Below, piece by piece: positions 1 through 12,417 of a DNA stretch of 64,000 nucleotides. The stretch is from NCBI RefSeq assembly GCF_902713615.1, contig NC_052153.1, forward strand, positions 191,255,394-191,319,393, read 5' to 3'. The DNA comes from Scyliorhinus canicula. Its lineage: Eukaryota. Numbering within the stretch: position 1 is the first letter of the stretch; each line of letters starts with the position of its first letter. The position numbers and the translations under genes were made by a program. Below the pieces are notes generated by a model, which worked only from the letters and a program-made list of their open reading frames with translations, did no database searches and was not told the DNA's origin.

Positions 1-420
1 GATCCCGTTGTCGTGGTCCACGGAGGTACCGATGACATCGGTAGAACGAGGGAAGAGGTTCCACATAGACAGTATGAAGAGCTAAGCACTACATTAAGCA
101 GCCAAATCGCAAAGTTTATAATCTCTGGATTATTACCTGATCCACATGCAAATTGGCGTGTGGTGGATAAGGTTAGAGAGATTAATACATAGCTCAAAGA
201 CTGGTGTGGGGGAAGTAGGTTCCAGGTTGTGGGTCACTGGTAGAAATACTGGGGAAATGGGGGCTGTGTCATTGGGATGGTCTACACCTGAACTGTGCTG
301 GGTCCAGTGTCCCAGCAAACCGCATAACTAGGAAGGTAGAGAGAGCTTTAAACAAAATAGGAGGGGAAAGGGATCAAATGCAGATGATGTGATATATTAA
401 AGAGTAAAGTAAAAGTTGCC
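1..420 (+). mobile_element. CR1-type LINE ORF1 (SGNH esterase-like) fragment, degenerate
   Basis: Translates DPVVVVHGGTDDIGRTREE...IISGLLPDPHANW...LKDWCG with stops. Confidence 0.75.
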
Positions 421-2188
421 GTACTCCCAGATGACCAGAGGCTGCGTTCCTCTTTGAGGGGGAGAGCTGACTGGTGGTGATTTAATAGTAATAATAAAAA
501 ACTTTTATTGTGTTTGTTTGTTTATTGAACCGAGGTTCAGTAAAAAATATTTTTCTGTGAGCAGCTCAAACAGATCATCTAGTACATGAAAAGAAAATAC
601 ATAATAGGACAACACAAGGTACACAATGTAAATATATAGACACCACAAGTAGGCTTACATTAACACTGCAATGAAGTTACTGTGAAAAGCCCCTAGTCGT
701 CACACTCAGGCGCCTGTTCGGGTACACAGAGGGAGAATTCAGAATGTCAATTCACCTAATAGCACGTCTTTCGGGACTTGTGGGAGGAAACCGGATCCCG
801 TTCCCTAAATATCCCCCACTGACACTTAGTCACTTGACCTACTTGGCCCTCCTCATTTGCAAGAACCATGTCCAGCAGTGCCTCCTTTCCTGCGTGATCG
901 GAAACGCACTGAACATAGAACATAGAACAGTACAGCACAGAACAGGCCCTTCGGCCCTCGATGTTGTGCCGAGCAATGATCACCCTACTTAAACCCACGT
1001 AACCCGTATACCCGTAACCCAACAATCTCCCCATTAACCTTACACTACGGGCAATTTAGCATGGCCAATCCACCTAACCCGCACATCTTTTGGACTGTGG
1101 GAGGAAACCGGAGCACCCGGAGGAAACCCACGCACACACGGGGAGGACGTGCAGACTCCACACAGACAGTGACCCAGCCGGGAATCGAACCTGGGACCCT
1201 GGAGCTGTGAAGCATTGATGCTAACCACCATGCTACCGTGAGGCCCCACTGCTGCAGGAAACTTTCTTAAGCACACTGTGGGAACTCTGCCCTTTACACT
1301 GTTACTATCCCAGTCTATATTTGGGTAATTAAAGTCGCCCCATTATAACATTTTTGCACTTGTCTGTAAATTCCTTACAAATTTATTCCTCTGCATCCTT
1401 CTCATGAGGTTCTGGCCCACACGGAGCAACGTCATTTTTGTTCCTTAGATTCAGCCAAATCAATTCTCTCCTTGGCCCCTCTAGGACGTCCTCTTTCTCC
1501 AGCACTGCAACGCTCCCCTTAATCCATCCCGCCAACCTTCCCCGTTTTTCTTCCTGTCCTATCGTTCCTGAATACCTTGTATCCAGGGATATTTAACACC
1601 CAGTCCTGTCCTTCTTTGAGCCAGGTCTCCGTTACAGTCACAACATCATATTTCCGCATGGCAATCTGTGCCTGTCACTCACCAATCTTATTTACCACAT
1701 TCCGTGAATTAACAACCTGATTTAGACTCTCTCTTTGTCCTTTACCCTGACCCCCGTCTGTTAATGTACTAGTGTATTTCTTAACCTAGTACTATGCACC
1801 TCCCTGAATACTCCTGGTCCGCACAGCCCTGCGAAGATGATTTAAACCCTGGTGTATCTTTTAAGTTTATCTTCAGGCACAGCAGTATGGTGAGAATTAG
1901 TTTAGACTACATACACGCTGATAGCATTTTCGGATCACTGTGTTCCTGAGATAGCACTGAGTGTTGACGGCATGGGAACCTTGGTGAATCCAGCAGATTT
2001 GTTGGATTGTTTGGGGAGCCATAAAACGCCCAACAAAAGAGGAATTGAAATGGTGAAAAAGAGGGTTTGACGGCCCATCACTCAATTCAGACCTTTAGTT
2101 ACATTCAGTGTGAGGGGTTAGGAACCACCCGGACATGAATCGCTGCTGTAGAGTTCTTGATTCAGGCATTTCTATATCTGTCTCAGCA

Positions 2189-2387
2189 CAGTAAGAAGTC
2201 TTACAACACCAGGTTAAAGTCCAACAGGTTTGTTTCAAACACTAGCTTTCGGAGCGCAGCTCCTTCCTCAGGTGAAGGAGCAGTGCTCCGAAAGCTCATG
2301 TTTGAAACAAACCTGTTGGACTTTAACCTGGTGTTGTAAGACTTCTTACTGTGCTCACCCCAGTCCAACGCTGGCATCTCCACACCA
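2189..2387. mobile_element. Short palindromic Penelope-like retro-element, copy 1
   Basis: Arms gtaagaagtcttacaacaccaggttaaagtccaacaggtttgtttcaaac and its reverse complement. 10-bp TSD TGTCTCAGCA at 2179-2188 and 2388-2397. Confidence 0.8.
2239..2275 (-). ncRNA. Minimal type I hammerhead ribozyme motif (copy 1)
   Basis: The - strand reads UCAC CUGAGGA A GGAGC UGC GCUCC GAAA GCU A GUGU. Confidence 0.6.
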
Positions 2388-2907
2388 TGTCTCAGCATAT
2401 ACTGCTCTGCACCTACCCGAACGTTGATGTTAATTGTTAGATTTGTAACTTACTGTCTCTCGCTTTCATGTATCTGTTACTAAAAGGGTGAGAATGATTC
2501 TCGACACTGGCAGCACGGTAGCCCGATGGCTAGCACAGCTGCTTCACAGCTCCAGGGTCCCAGGTTCGATTCCCGGCTTGAGTCACTCTCTGTGTGGAGT
2601 CTGCACGTTCTCCCCGTGTGTGCGTGGGTTTCCTCCGGATGCTCCGGTTTCCTCCCACAGTCCAAAGATGCACAGGTTAGGTGGATTGGCCATTTTAAAT
2701 TGCCCTTAGTGTCCAAAAGGGTTGGGTGGGGTTACGGGGATAAAGGGGGATAGGGTGGAGGCGTGGGCTTAAGTAGGGTGCTCTATCCAAGGGCCGGTGC
2801 AGACTCGATGGGCTGACTGGCCTCCTTCTGCACTGTAAATTCTATGATTCTATGAAGCCTTGTTGGGCTCTCTGTTTAACGCTGAATCATTGTTTGTGTC
2901 TCTTCAG

Positions 2908-3020
2908 TACAATATCTTCAGCGTTCAATTCACTGGCCGCCGTCACCATGACAGACCTGATTAGACCTCACTATCCGCATATGACTGAGGCTCGAGCCAC
3001 ACTGATATCCAAGAGTCTCG
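2908..3020 (+). CDS. SLC5A6: SLC5A6 internal coding exon (first visible in window): (S)[37 protein letters not shown]
   Basis: Acceptor tctcttcag|, donor |gtaagg, 113 nt, phase 2 to 1. The peptide matches the recalled human SMVT segment [21 protein letters not shown]. Upstream exons lie outside the window. Confidence 0.95.
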
Positions 3021-3190
3021 GTAAGGCACAGTGAAAAATAACAGCAATAACCTGGTGTGTCCAGGGTGTGTCTCTAGGGGGGGTGGGGGTGTCCAGGGAG
3101 TGTGTATGTGTTTAGGACATGTGTCTATCTGGGGAGGGGACGGCGTGTGTGTCTAGGGTGTGGGTATGTGTCTCTCAGGGGGTCTGTGTA

Positions 3191-4530
3191 TGTGTGTGTG
3201 TGTCTAGGCTGTGTGTGTGTGTGTCTAGGCTGTGTGTGTGTGTGTCTAGGCTGTTTGTGTGTCTAGGCTGTGTGTGTGTGTGTGTCTAGGCTGTGTGCGT
3301 GTCTGTCTAGGCTCTGTGCGTGTCTGTCTAGGCTGTGTGTGTGTCTGTCTAGGCTGTGTGTGTGTCTGTCTAGGCTGTGTGTGTCTGTCTAGGCTGTGTG
3401 TGTGTCTGTCTAGGCTGTGTGTGTGTCTGTCTAGGCTGTGTGTGTCTGTCTAGGCTGTGTGTGTGTCTGTCTAGGCTGTGTGTGTGTATGTCTAGGCTGT
3501 GTGTGTGTCTGTCTAGGCTGTGTGTGTGTGTGTCTAGGCTGTGTGTGTGTCTGTCTAGGCTGTGTGTGTGTATGTCTAGGCTGTGTGTGTGTCTGTCTAG
3601 GCTGTGTGTGTGTGTGTCTAGGCTGTGTGTGTGTCTGTCTAGGCTGTGTGTGTGTCTGTCTAGGCTGTGTGTGTGTGTGTCTAGGCTGTGTGTGTGTGTG
3701 TGTCTAGGCTGTGTGTGTGTCTGTCTAGGCTGTGTGTGTATCTGTCTAGGCTGTGTGTGTATCTGTCTAGGCTGTGTGTGTGTATCTGTCTAGGCTGTGT
3801 GTGTGTATCTGTCTAGGCTGTGTGTGTATCTGTCTAGGCTGTGTGTGTGTATGTCTAGGCTGTGTGTGTGTGTGTCTAGGCTGTGTGTGTGTCTGTCTAG
3901 GCTGTGTGTGTGTATGTCTAGGCTGTGTGTGTGTCTGTCTAGGCTGTGTGTGTGTCTGTCTAGGCTGTGTGTGTGTCTGTCTAGGCTGTGTGTGTGTCTG
4001 TCTAGGCTGTGTGTCTGTCTAGGCGCTGTGTGTGTGTCTGTCTAGGCTGTGTGTGTGTCTGTCTAGGCTGTGTGTGTGTCTGTCTAGGCTGTGTGTGTGT
4101 CTGTCTAGGCTGTGTGTGTCTGTCTAGGCTGTGTGTGTGTGTCTAGGCTGTGTGTGTGTGTGTCTAGGCTGTGTGTGTGTGTGTCTAGGCTGTGTGTGTG
4201 TGTGTCTAGGCTGTGTGTGTGTCTGTCTAGGCTGTGTGTGTGTCTGTCTAGGCTGTGTGTGTGTCTGTCTAGGCTGTGTGTGTGTCTGTCTAGGCTGTGT
4301 GTGTGTCTGTCTAGGCTGTGTGTGTGTCTGTCTAGGCTGTGTGTGTGTCTGTCTAGGCTGTGTCTGTCTAGGCTGTGTGTGTGTGTGTGTCTAGGCTGTG
4401 TGTGTGTGTGTGTCTAGGCTGTGTGTGTGTGTGTCTAGGCTGTGTGTGTGTGTGTCTCGGCTGTGTGTGTGTGTCTAGGCTGTGTGTGTGTGTCTAGGCT
4501 GTGTGTGTGTGTCTAGCCTGTGTGTGTCTA
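3191..4530 (+). repeat. (TG)n-containing minisatellite, unit about 16-24 bp (GTCTAGGCT(GT)n[CT])
   Basis: Direct tandem repeat in an SLC5A6 intron. Confidence 0.97.
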
Positions 4531-4624
4531 GGGGGGGTGTGTGTTTGTCTCGGGTGGGATGTGTGTGTGTCTGTCTATCTAGGGGGGGTGTCTAGGTGTG
4601 TGTGTCTCGGGGTGGGGGGGTGCC

Positions 4625-5846
4625 AAGGGTGCAGTAATATATTTCAAGGTGCTTCACGGGATCATTAGGACGGACAAAGGCGTTTGCCAAAGTCCCGCAT
4701 AATTGTGCAAAATTAAAGCGCATGAGATTGGGGGAAATGTATTGAGGTAGATAGAAAACTGGTTGGCAGAGAGGAAACAAAGAGTAGGGATGAATGGGTC
4801 CTTTTCAAATTGGCAGGTAGTAACTAGTGGGGTACCACAGAGATCGGTGCTGGGACCCCAGCTATTCACAATATATATATTAATGATGAGGGAACAAAAT
4901 GTAACATCTCAAAGTTTGCAGATGATAGCAAGTTGGGTGGGAGGGTGAATTGTGATGAGGATGCAGGGATCCTACAGCAAGATCTGGGCAGGTTGGGCAA
5001 GTGGGCAAAGCAATGGCAGATGCAGTATAATTTGGATAAGTGTGAGGTTATTCACTTTGGAAGCAAAAACAGGAAGGCAGATTACTACCTGAATGGTTGT
5101 AAATTGGGAGAGGGGAGTGTGCAGCGGGACCTGGGTGTCCTTGTGCACCATTCGCTGAAGGTAAGCATGCAGGTGCAGCAGGCGGTAAAGAAGGCTAATG
5201 GTATGTTGGCCTTCATTGCGCGAGGTTTTGAGTATAGAAGCAGGGATGTGTTGCTGCAATTGTACAGGGCCTTGGTGAGGTCACACCTGGAGTATTGTGT
5301 GTAGTTTTGGTCTCCTTCTCGGAGGAAGGATGTTCTTGCTCTCGAGGGAGTGAAGCGAAGGTTTACCAGACTGATTCCAGGGATGGCGGGACTGTCATAT
5401 GAGGAGAGATTGACTAGGTTGGGATTGTTCTCGCTGGAGTTCAGAAGAATGAGGGGGATCTCATCGAGACTTATAAAATTCTAACGGAGCTAGACAGGGT
5501 AGATGCAGGGAAGATGTTACCAATGGTGGGTGTGTCCAGAACCAGGGGTCACAGTCTGAGGATTCAGGATAAACCATTTCAGACACAGATAAGGAGACAT
5601 TTCTTCACCCAAAGAATGGTGAGCCTGTGGAATTCATTACCATAGGATGTAGTTGATGCTAAAACTTTGACTATATTCAAGAGGCAGCTGGATATAGCAC
5701 TCGAGGAGAATGGGATCAAAGGCTATAGGGAGGGAGCAGGATTAGGCTATTGAGTTGGATGATCAGCCATGATGGTGATGAATGGCGGAGCAGGCTCGAA
5801 GGGCCAAAAGGCCTCCTCCTACTCCTATCTTCTATGTATCTATGTA
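4625..5846 (+). mobile_element. CR1/HER1-type LINE, 5'-truncated RT and 3' UTR
   Basis: VTSGVPQ.SVLGP, QWQMQYNLDKCEV, ALVRSHLEYCV motifs; tail gggccaaaaggcctcc...tctatgtatctatgt. Confidence 0.9.
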
Positions 5847-7057
5847 CAACCAAAGTCTTGATGGAAGAAATAGGTTTTGAGAGGCTTCTGAAAGGAGATA
5901 GGAGAGTCAGAGAATGTTAGTGAGGGAATTCCAGACCCAATGGTGAGTCGATTACAATCGGTGACACGCACAAGGCTAGAATGTGAGGAGCGGAGATATC
6001 TTGGTGGGGTTGTCGGACCAGAGGAGATTATAGTGGTAGGGAGGGCAGAGACATGGGGGGTGCTGGGTGAACATGACTTGGTGCAAGTCAGGGTGCAGAG
6101 CAGTCGGGCTGGGAATTTGCTAACCTCAAAATTAAGATCTGTTTAAAGTGAATGTGGCATTGTCCAATCCCCATCAGTGAGGATTTAAATAACACAAATC
6201 CAGCAGTTTCCATCTCGAGCTCAGTATTCGGGCAGTGAGCCTGGCTTAATTAGAATTTTTTTTAAATCAGCTTTTGCCTTGTGATGTGTTTCTTTTGATG
6301 TGATTTTCCCAGTCTGGAATGCAGCTCCTTCACGTGTTGTTAGCAGTGGTCACCACCCTGTGACTGATTCTGAACATACAGGGGAAGGGGCGCCGACACC
6401 TGAGAGAATCTTAGAAGCAAGAAAGACTTTGGATTTGTGTGGTGCTTTTAACGAGTGCAGTGTTCAGACGATTAGCGGAGTTATTCAGGCAGAGAGCTGG
6501 CACAAGCACGATGGGCTGGAGGGCCCGTTTCTGTTCCGTCATTCCATTAATCCTCAAAAGTGCAGGAATGGAGATGACGTGAAATAGATTTTGCGCACAG
6601 CAAGCTCCCACAGACAGCAGTACACGATGACAAGAAAAACCTGTTTTTACTTTTGTTTGTGGAAGGGTAAATATTGGCCTGGGCACAGGAGAGAACTTCC
6701 CTGGTTGCCCTCCCAATAGTGCGCGGAATCTTGTACGTTCACCGAGATCGCAGATGGGGTCTGTGGTTAATGTCCCATCCATTTAAACACAGCCTAATTT
6801 TAACCAGCATGTCCAGCCCCTGTGCCCCAGACGGCACTCTTCTCACTTCCCCATCACCGGGTCGACTTTCAGGTCATCATGTTTCTGGGCTCTGGAATTT
6901 CCTTTCCTTCCCCACTTCTTACCCTGCAAACTCCTGCTTCTCTCCTCGCCTTCTAATCCTACCTGGCCATCCCTTTAGTCATCTCTCCTTATTCTATCTT
7001 GAACTCCAGTAAGAAGTCTTCCAACACCAGGTTAATGACCAACAGGTTTGTTTGGAA

Positions 7058-7094
7058 TCGCTAGCTTTCGGAGCACAGCTCCTTCCTCAGGTGA
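7058..7094 (-). ncRNA. Minimal type I hammerhead ribozyme motif (opposite arm of copy 2)
   Basis: The - strand reads UCAC CUGAGGA A GGAGC UGU GCUCC GAAA GCU A GCGA. Confidence 0.6.
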
Positions 7095-7324
7095 GTGAAG
7101 AGGTAGGTTACACAACCACAGCATATATGGACAAAGCCAATGATGCAAGGTGATACTTTGAATGCGAATCTTTAAGTCTTCATAGGTCCAGACGGTGCGA
7201 CCTGTGATTATCCCTCTCTCTAGTCGCACCGCCTGGACCTGTAAAAAATTACCTGCAAAGACTCGCAATCATCTTGCATCATTGGCTTTGTCTATATATG
7301 TGTTTGTGTAACCCACCTCTTCAT

Positions 7325-7361
7325 TCGCCTGAGGAAGGAGCTTCACTCCGAAAGCTAGTGA
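7325..7361 (+). ncRNA. Minimal type I hammerhead ribozyme motif
   Basis: Stem I UCGC/GUGA; core CUGAGGA (7329-7335) plus an extra A; stem II GGAG/CUCC; GAAA; palindromic AGCU helix III; predicted cleavage after CUA at 7357. Confidence 0.65.
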
Positions 7362-8469
7362 CTACATACAAACCTGTTGGACTTTAACCTGGTGTTCCAA
7401 GACGTCTTACTGTGCTCACCCCAGTCCAACGCCGGCATCTCCGCATCATATCCTGAATTAGAGATTCCGTATATCTGCCATTCAAGGGCGGGTGTTGGAA
7501 AGATGTCTGATTACAATAGTGATAGGATATGGGGTAGGGAGGCACAGGTCTTTGAAGAATTTGGACTTGTTTCGGAGGCGAGGCATCACTGTGTGGGATC
7601 TTCCCTTGAGTGCTTAGTGGCTAGAATTATGGTTGTCTTCAATGTCTTACGCTAGCTCCATGGGACTGTGCACAATTTAGAGCTGAGGAACAGGCCATTT
7701 GTCCCAACTGGCCCATGCTGCTGTTTACGCTCCGCACCAGCCTCCTGCTATCTCTCTTCATCTCACCCCATCAACATATCGTGGGAGTTATAGAATGGTT
7801 GCAGCATAGAGAGAGGCCATTCGGCCCATCGTATTGGCAAGAGCAACTCGCCTTATCTCGTTCCCCTGCCTTTTCCCTGTGATCTTGCAATTTCCTTTCT
7901 TTTCAGATAATCATCCAACTCCCTCTTGATTGCATCGACTGAATCTGCCTCCACTAGACTCTCAGGCAGAACATTCCAGATCCTACCCACTCGCTGTGTT
8001 TAAAAACTGTTTTTCCTCGTGTTGATATTTGCTTCTTTTGCCAACTGCCTACACTCTGTGTCCCTCTGGCCCTCGATCTTCCACCAGTGAGAACTATTTC
8101 TCCCTAGTGACTTTGTCCAGACCCCTCATGATTTTGATCACCTCCATTAAACCTCCTTTCAACTTTCTCTTCTTCAATCTGTCCTCGTGAACCAAGTTCC
8201 TCATTCCTGGAACCATCCTCGTGAATCATCCCTAACATCCTCTCCAATGCTTTCATACTCTTCCTAAAGCATCCGGAACTGGACACAATTCTTCATTTGA
8301 TACCAAAACAGTGTTTTACGCATATTTGACATAACTTCCTTGATTTTGTATTCTGGCCTGTTTTATAAGCCCAGGATATTGTATGCTTTACTAACCGCTC
8401 CTGTCCGACCATCTTCAACCAAGTCAAGGTTATTAATATATATCTGGAAAAACGAGGGTCCTAACACTG

Positions 8470-9450
8470 AGCACTGGGAAACGCAAACATTCACAACTAT
8501 TTCATTCCTCAGGGGCTAGGCCAACCATCAATGATCTCCCTTTCATCATAAGGTCAGAAATGGGGTTGTCCGCTGATGACTGCACAATGTTCAGCACCAT
8601 TCACAACTCCTCAGATAGCGAAACAGTCGGTGGACGAATGCAGCAAGACCTGGACAATATCCAGATGTAGGCCAACAAGTGGCAAGTAACATCCATGCCA
8701 GGCAATGGCCAGGTAATATCCAGGCAATGACCATCCCCTACAAAAGAGGATCTAATCATCGCCCCTTGACATTCAATGGCATTACCATTGCTGAATCCCC
8801 CACAATCAACATCCTGGGGATTACCCGTGAACTGGACTGGTCATATTAATACTGTGGCTACCAGGGCAGGTCAGAGGCTAGGAATCCTGCAGTAAATGAC
8901 TCACCTCCTGACCCTCCAAAGCTTATCCACCATCAAGGCACAAGTCAGGAGTGTAATGGAATACTCTCCACTTGCCTGGATGAGTGCAGCTCCAACAACA
9001 CTCAAGAAGCTCAACGCCATCCAGGACAAAATCTGCTTGAGAACACCCTGTCCCCAAACATTCACTCCCTCCACCGCTGGCGAAAAATAGCAGCCGTGTG
9101 TACCATCTACAAGATGCACTGCAGGAACTCACCAAGATTCCTTAGACAGCACCTTCCAAACCCACAACCACTTAGAAGTTCAAGAGCAGCAGATACCTGG
9201 GAACCCCACCACCTGGAGGTTCCCCTCCAAGTCACTCACCTCCCTGACTTGGAAATATATCGCCGTTCCTTCACTGTTGCTGGGGCAAAATCCTGGTATT
9301 CCCGCCCTAACAGCACAGTGGGTGTACCTACACCACATGGACCGCAGCGGCTCAAGAAGGCAGCTCACCACCACCTTCTCAAGGGTCAATTAGGGATGGA
9401 GGTTAAATGCTTCCCCGGCCAGCGAAGCCCGCATCCCATGAATAGATTTT
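8470..9450 (+). mobile_element. Second LINE family (CR1/L2-group RT C-terminus and 3' end). Other copies at about 12645-13545 (+), 33740-34200 (-), 43060-43460 (+), 44250-44420 (+), 49440-49920 (-), 63060-63840 (-)
   Basis: ADDCTMF, QQDLDNIQ.WA.KWQV, KAQVRSVMEYSPLAW, CTIYKMHC motifs; shared tail ggcaattagggatgggcaataaatgctgg. Confidence 0.8.
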
Positions 9451-9625
9451 TAAAAAATCTCCTTTGTGTTCGACCAGGTTCTCCTTAAATGCATCCGTGA
9501 TATTTTCTGCAATCATTTCATGTGGTAGTAAGCTCCACCCTCTGACCACTCTCTGAATAAAGACGTTTTTACCTGTGCCTCTTGCCTGTAGCGTACAGTA
9601 AATGAGAGTTCCTGTGTTTTTGCAG

Positions 9626-9693
9626 CGCTGGGCTATGGTTTGCTGTGTCTCGGAATGGCATACATCGCATCGCTGATGGGCTCAGTGCTACAG
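9626..9693 (+). CDS. SLC5A6: SLC5A6 coding exon: (A)[22 protein letters not shown]
   Basis: Acceptor tttttgcag|, donor |gtgctg, 68 nt, phase 1 to 0, in frame with the previous exon. Matches human [22 protein letters not shown]. Confidence 0.95.
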
Positions 9694-9781
9694 GTGCTGT
9701 ATCAAACACCTCTCTTTCAATGTATTTGTATTGTTCCCAACTGCTTGGAGTTTCTGACCTGCTCCCTTCCTTCAAACTCAG

Positions 9782-9868
9782 GCGGCGCTGAGTATCTTCG
9801 GGATGATTGGTGGTCCCCTGCTTGGAGTCTTCTGCCTCGGAATGTTTTTCCCCATGGCTAATTCCACG
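9782..9868 (+). CDS. SLC5A6: SLC5A6 coding exon: [29 protein letters not shown]
   Basis: Acceptor aaactcag|, donor |gtgagt, 87 nt, phase 0 to 0, after an 88-nt intron. Matches human [24 protein letters not shown]. Confidence 0.96.
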
Positions 9869-11501
9869 GTGAGTTTGGCTTTTGAGCAGCTCTTTCTGCT
9901 TTGGCAGCATGTTTGTGTTGGGGTGGGTTTGTCACCTCACTTAGCACCAGTTTGTTTGAAGGCTTTCTTGGTTTTGGCGGGGGGGGGGGGGGGGGGGGGG
10001 GGCGTTGAGAGAGACGATGGAGAGGCACCGGTTACTCTGTTAGCAATTACTTTCCAAAGAGCTCCTTCGATCAAATAGCAGACCTCGAAGTTTCAGAAAG
10101 TTTCCACTGCCCCTTGTCCGGGGCAATGATCGGAACAGATGAGGGAGATGATTGCTTCCCTCCTCTGCTATATATCACTACCTCTTTCACCTGCTCCAGT
10201 CGTTTCCCCCGGTAACAAAACAGTACGCTGTTCAAAACGGTGAGGTCCACCAGTTTGTCCAGAGAACGCATTCAAGACAACAACTGCTCTTTGAGAGCAG
10301 ATTTAATTTACCGTTGTAACCAGGAAATCATCTTACTCAATGTTAATTAAGTGGCGTCAAAAGCATTCAGCCGGGAAGGGGGCTGTGTGTATACAGATAG
10401 AATCATAGAATTTACAGCGCAGAAGGAGGCCATTCAGCCCATCGAGTCTGCACCGGCCCTTGGAAAGAGCACCCCACTTAAGCCCACACCTCCACCCTAT
10501 CCCCGTAACCCCACCCAACCTTTTGTTTTTGGACTCTGAAGAGGCAATTTATCACGGCCAATCCACCTGACCTGCACATCTTTGGACTGTGGGAGGAAAC
10601 CGGAGCACCCGGAGGAAACCCACGCAGACACGGGGAGAACGTGCAGACTCTGCACAGGCAGTGACCCAAGCCGGGAGTCAAACCTTGTCCCCTGGAGCTG
10701 TGAAGCCACAGTGCTAACTACTGTGCTACCGTGCTGCCCCTACCCTTATGGTGGTATACTTGTTATATTACCAGATTAATATTCTGGAGATCGTGAGTTC
10801 ATCACTTTTGGGATTTTGAATCCCAATTTTAATTTTTTTTCAAAAAATCTGTAAATAAAAGGCCTGCGTCAGTAAAGGTGACCAATAAACTGTCAGCTTA
10901 TTGTGAAAATCCAACTGGTTCATTCCGGACGGTTACAGAATCATGGAATTGTCACAGAAGGAGGCCATTCAGCCTGCCGTGCCTGTGCTGGCCCTCTGAA
11001 TGAGCAGCTCACCCAGTTGCCACTCCACAGCCCTGCACCTTCTTCCTTTTCAGATAACAACCCGCTCCCCCGCTGAACGTCTGGACTGAACCTGCCTCCA
11101 CCACACTCTCGGAGAGCGCATTCCAAATCCTAACGACGGGCTGCTTGAGAAAGATTTTCCTCGGGTCGCCATGGTCTTTTTCCCAATTATCTTCTGAAAC
11201 CTGTCACCCTCATGCATTCTGAAGTCCATGTGGCTCCAGCTCCCACACCAATGTGATTCGTGCTTAATGCAAACACCAAATTCAGCGTGTTTGGCTCTTT
11301 ACCTCTCTCTCAAATGGCACAACAAGTCACTCAGGCTGGGAACCTAGTGCAATAAATACTCGCCTTGTTAACAACGCACATATCCTGGGAACCTCTTCAA
11401 TTCAGTGAAATTGGGAGTGGGGAATGGTATATTTATATTTCCCACATGGAGATTTTTCTTTCTCTCAGTCTCTTACTCCCTTTCTGTCTAATCTGTAACA
11501 G

Positions 11502-11683
11502 GGTGCAATCTCTGGCCTGGCGGCGGGTTTGATAATGGCATTCTGGATCGGAATCGGCAATTTCATTTCCAGACGAGCGCCTCTTTCATTCGTAAATGCG
11601 ACCGTCATCCAAAATGTTACCGCTGCTTTGGCAACCTCCGCCATGGCAACAGTCAACTCGACGACAGTGGCATCGAGTGCAAG
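11502..11683 (+). CDS. SLC5A6: SLC5A6 coding exon: GAISGLAAGLIMAFWIGIGNFISRRAPLSFVNATVIQNVTAALATSAMATVNSTTVASSA
   Basis: Acceptor ctgtaacag|, donor |gtatgt, 182 nt, phase 0 to 2. GLxMAFWIGIG motif as in SMVT. Confidence 0.95.
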
Positions 11684-11806
11684 GTATGTGCAGGGTCTGT
11701 CACTGCAGCGTATCTCGCTGATGGGTGCTGGGTTTTGGGAAGGGTGGGTGCAAGGACAAGGTGGTTAGAGCTAGAGTATGAAAAACGTCAGTCTCCCTCA
11801 TCCAGC

Positions 11807-12417
11807 TGTTATGGGCCAAGGGTTTAGAGAACCCCAAAGTGTATCATGGAGTTCACCTGACCCACAACTTTTAATAGATTGTGGTATGGGGAGCACACGG
11901 CCACTCTACAGGTACAGCAGAAATGGAAAAGTATTTCTTAAAACAAAACAATGTTTATTCTATGAACTCAAGTTAACTTTTTAAAACATACAGTGAACAT
12001 CTTGGCAACCATCAATTGAAATACAACCCCCAAATAATACAACACTAAGTAATCCTTTAAGCTTTCCTTTTAACATCCATACGACTTAAAACGCCTTTTA
12101 CCAGCACAACAGGTTAAAATCACTACTGTTAATAGTTTTAAATCACCAGGATCGATTTACAGTCTTTAGATTACAGAGAGAGATTTGTACACCTTCTGGC
12201 TGTGACTGCAGCTATCTAGCTCTGAAAACGAAACTAAAACACACCCTGCAGCAAACAGCCTAAAACAAAAGTAAAAAGCTGACACAGCCCAGCTCCACCC
12301 ACTCTCTGACATCACTGCAGTAATAAATACCCATTTCTTAAAGGTACTCTCACTACAGATACTTATATGCACACCCAGTTATAAACACTCATTTCTTAAA
12401 GGTACTCTCACATGACA
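11807..12417 (-). mobile_element. Solo LTR (family A)
   Basis: TGTTAT...CATGACA termini; 4-bp TSD CAGC/CAGG; AATAAA on the - strand; same family as 59320-60178. Confidence 0.7.

Larger units (their letters stand above)
7004..7448. mobile_element. Short palindromic Penelope-like retro-element, copy 2 (about 440-bp fold-back, hammerhead core in both arms)
   Basis: Near-perfect inverted repeat. TSD TATCTTGAA (6995-7003) / TATCCTGAA (7449-7457). Confidence 0.8.

Noticed and set aside
2508-2580. tRNA genes suggested by box A/box B motifs
   Set aside because: These are SINE heads without a complete cloverleaf or acceptor stem.
3259-4417. Cys/Val-rich ORFs resembling metallothionein or keratin-associated proteins
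   Set aside because: Translation of (TG)n repeats.
9694-9781. 88-nt intron with a non-consensus GTGCTG donor among multi-kb introns
   Set aside because: Canonical GT-AG with in-frame splicing; ordinary variation.
9851-9859. FPMAN in SLC5A6 where related transporters often have FPWAN or FPCAN
   Set aside because: Could be a true substitution or compensating homopolymer errors (ccc atg gct versus cca tgg gct); this cannot be decided without reads, and the frame is intact.
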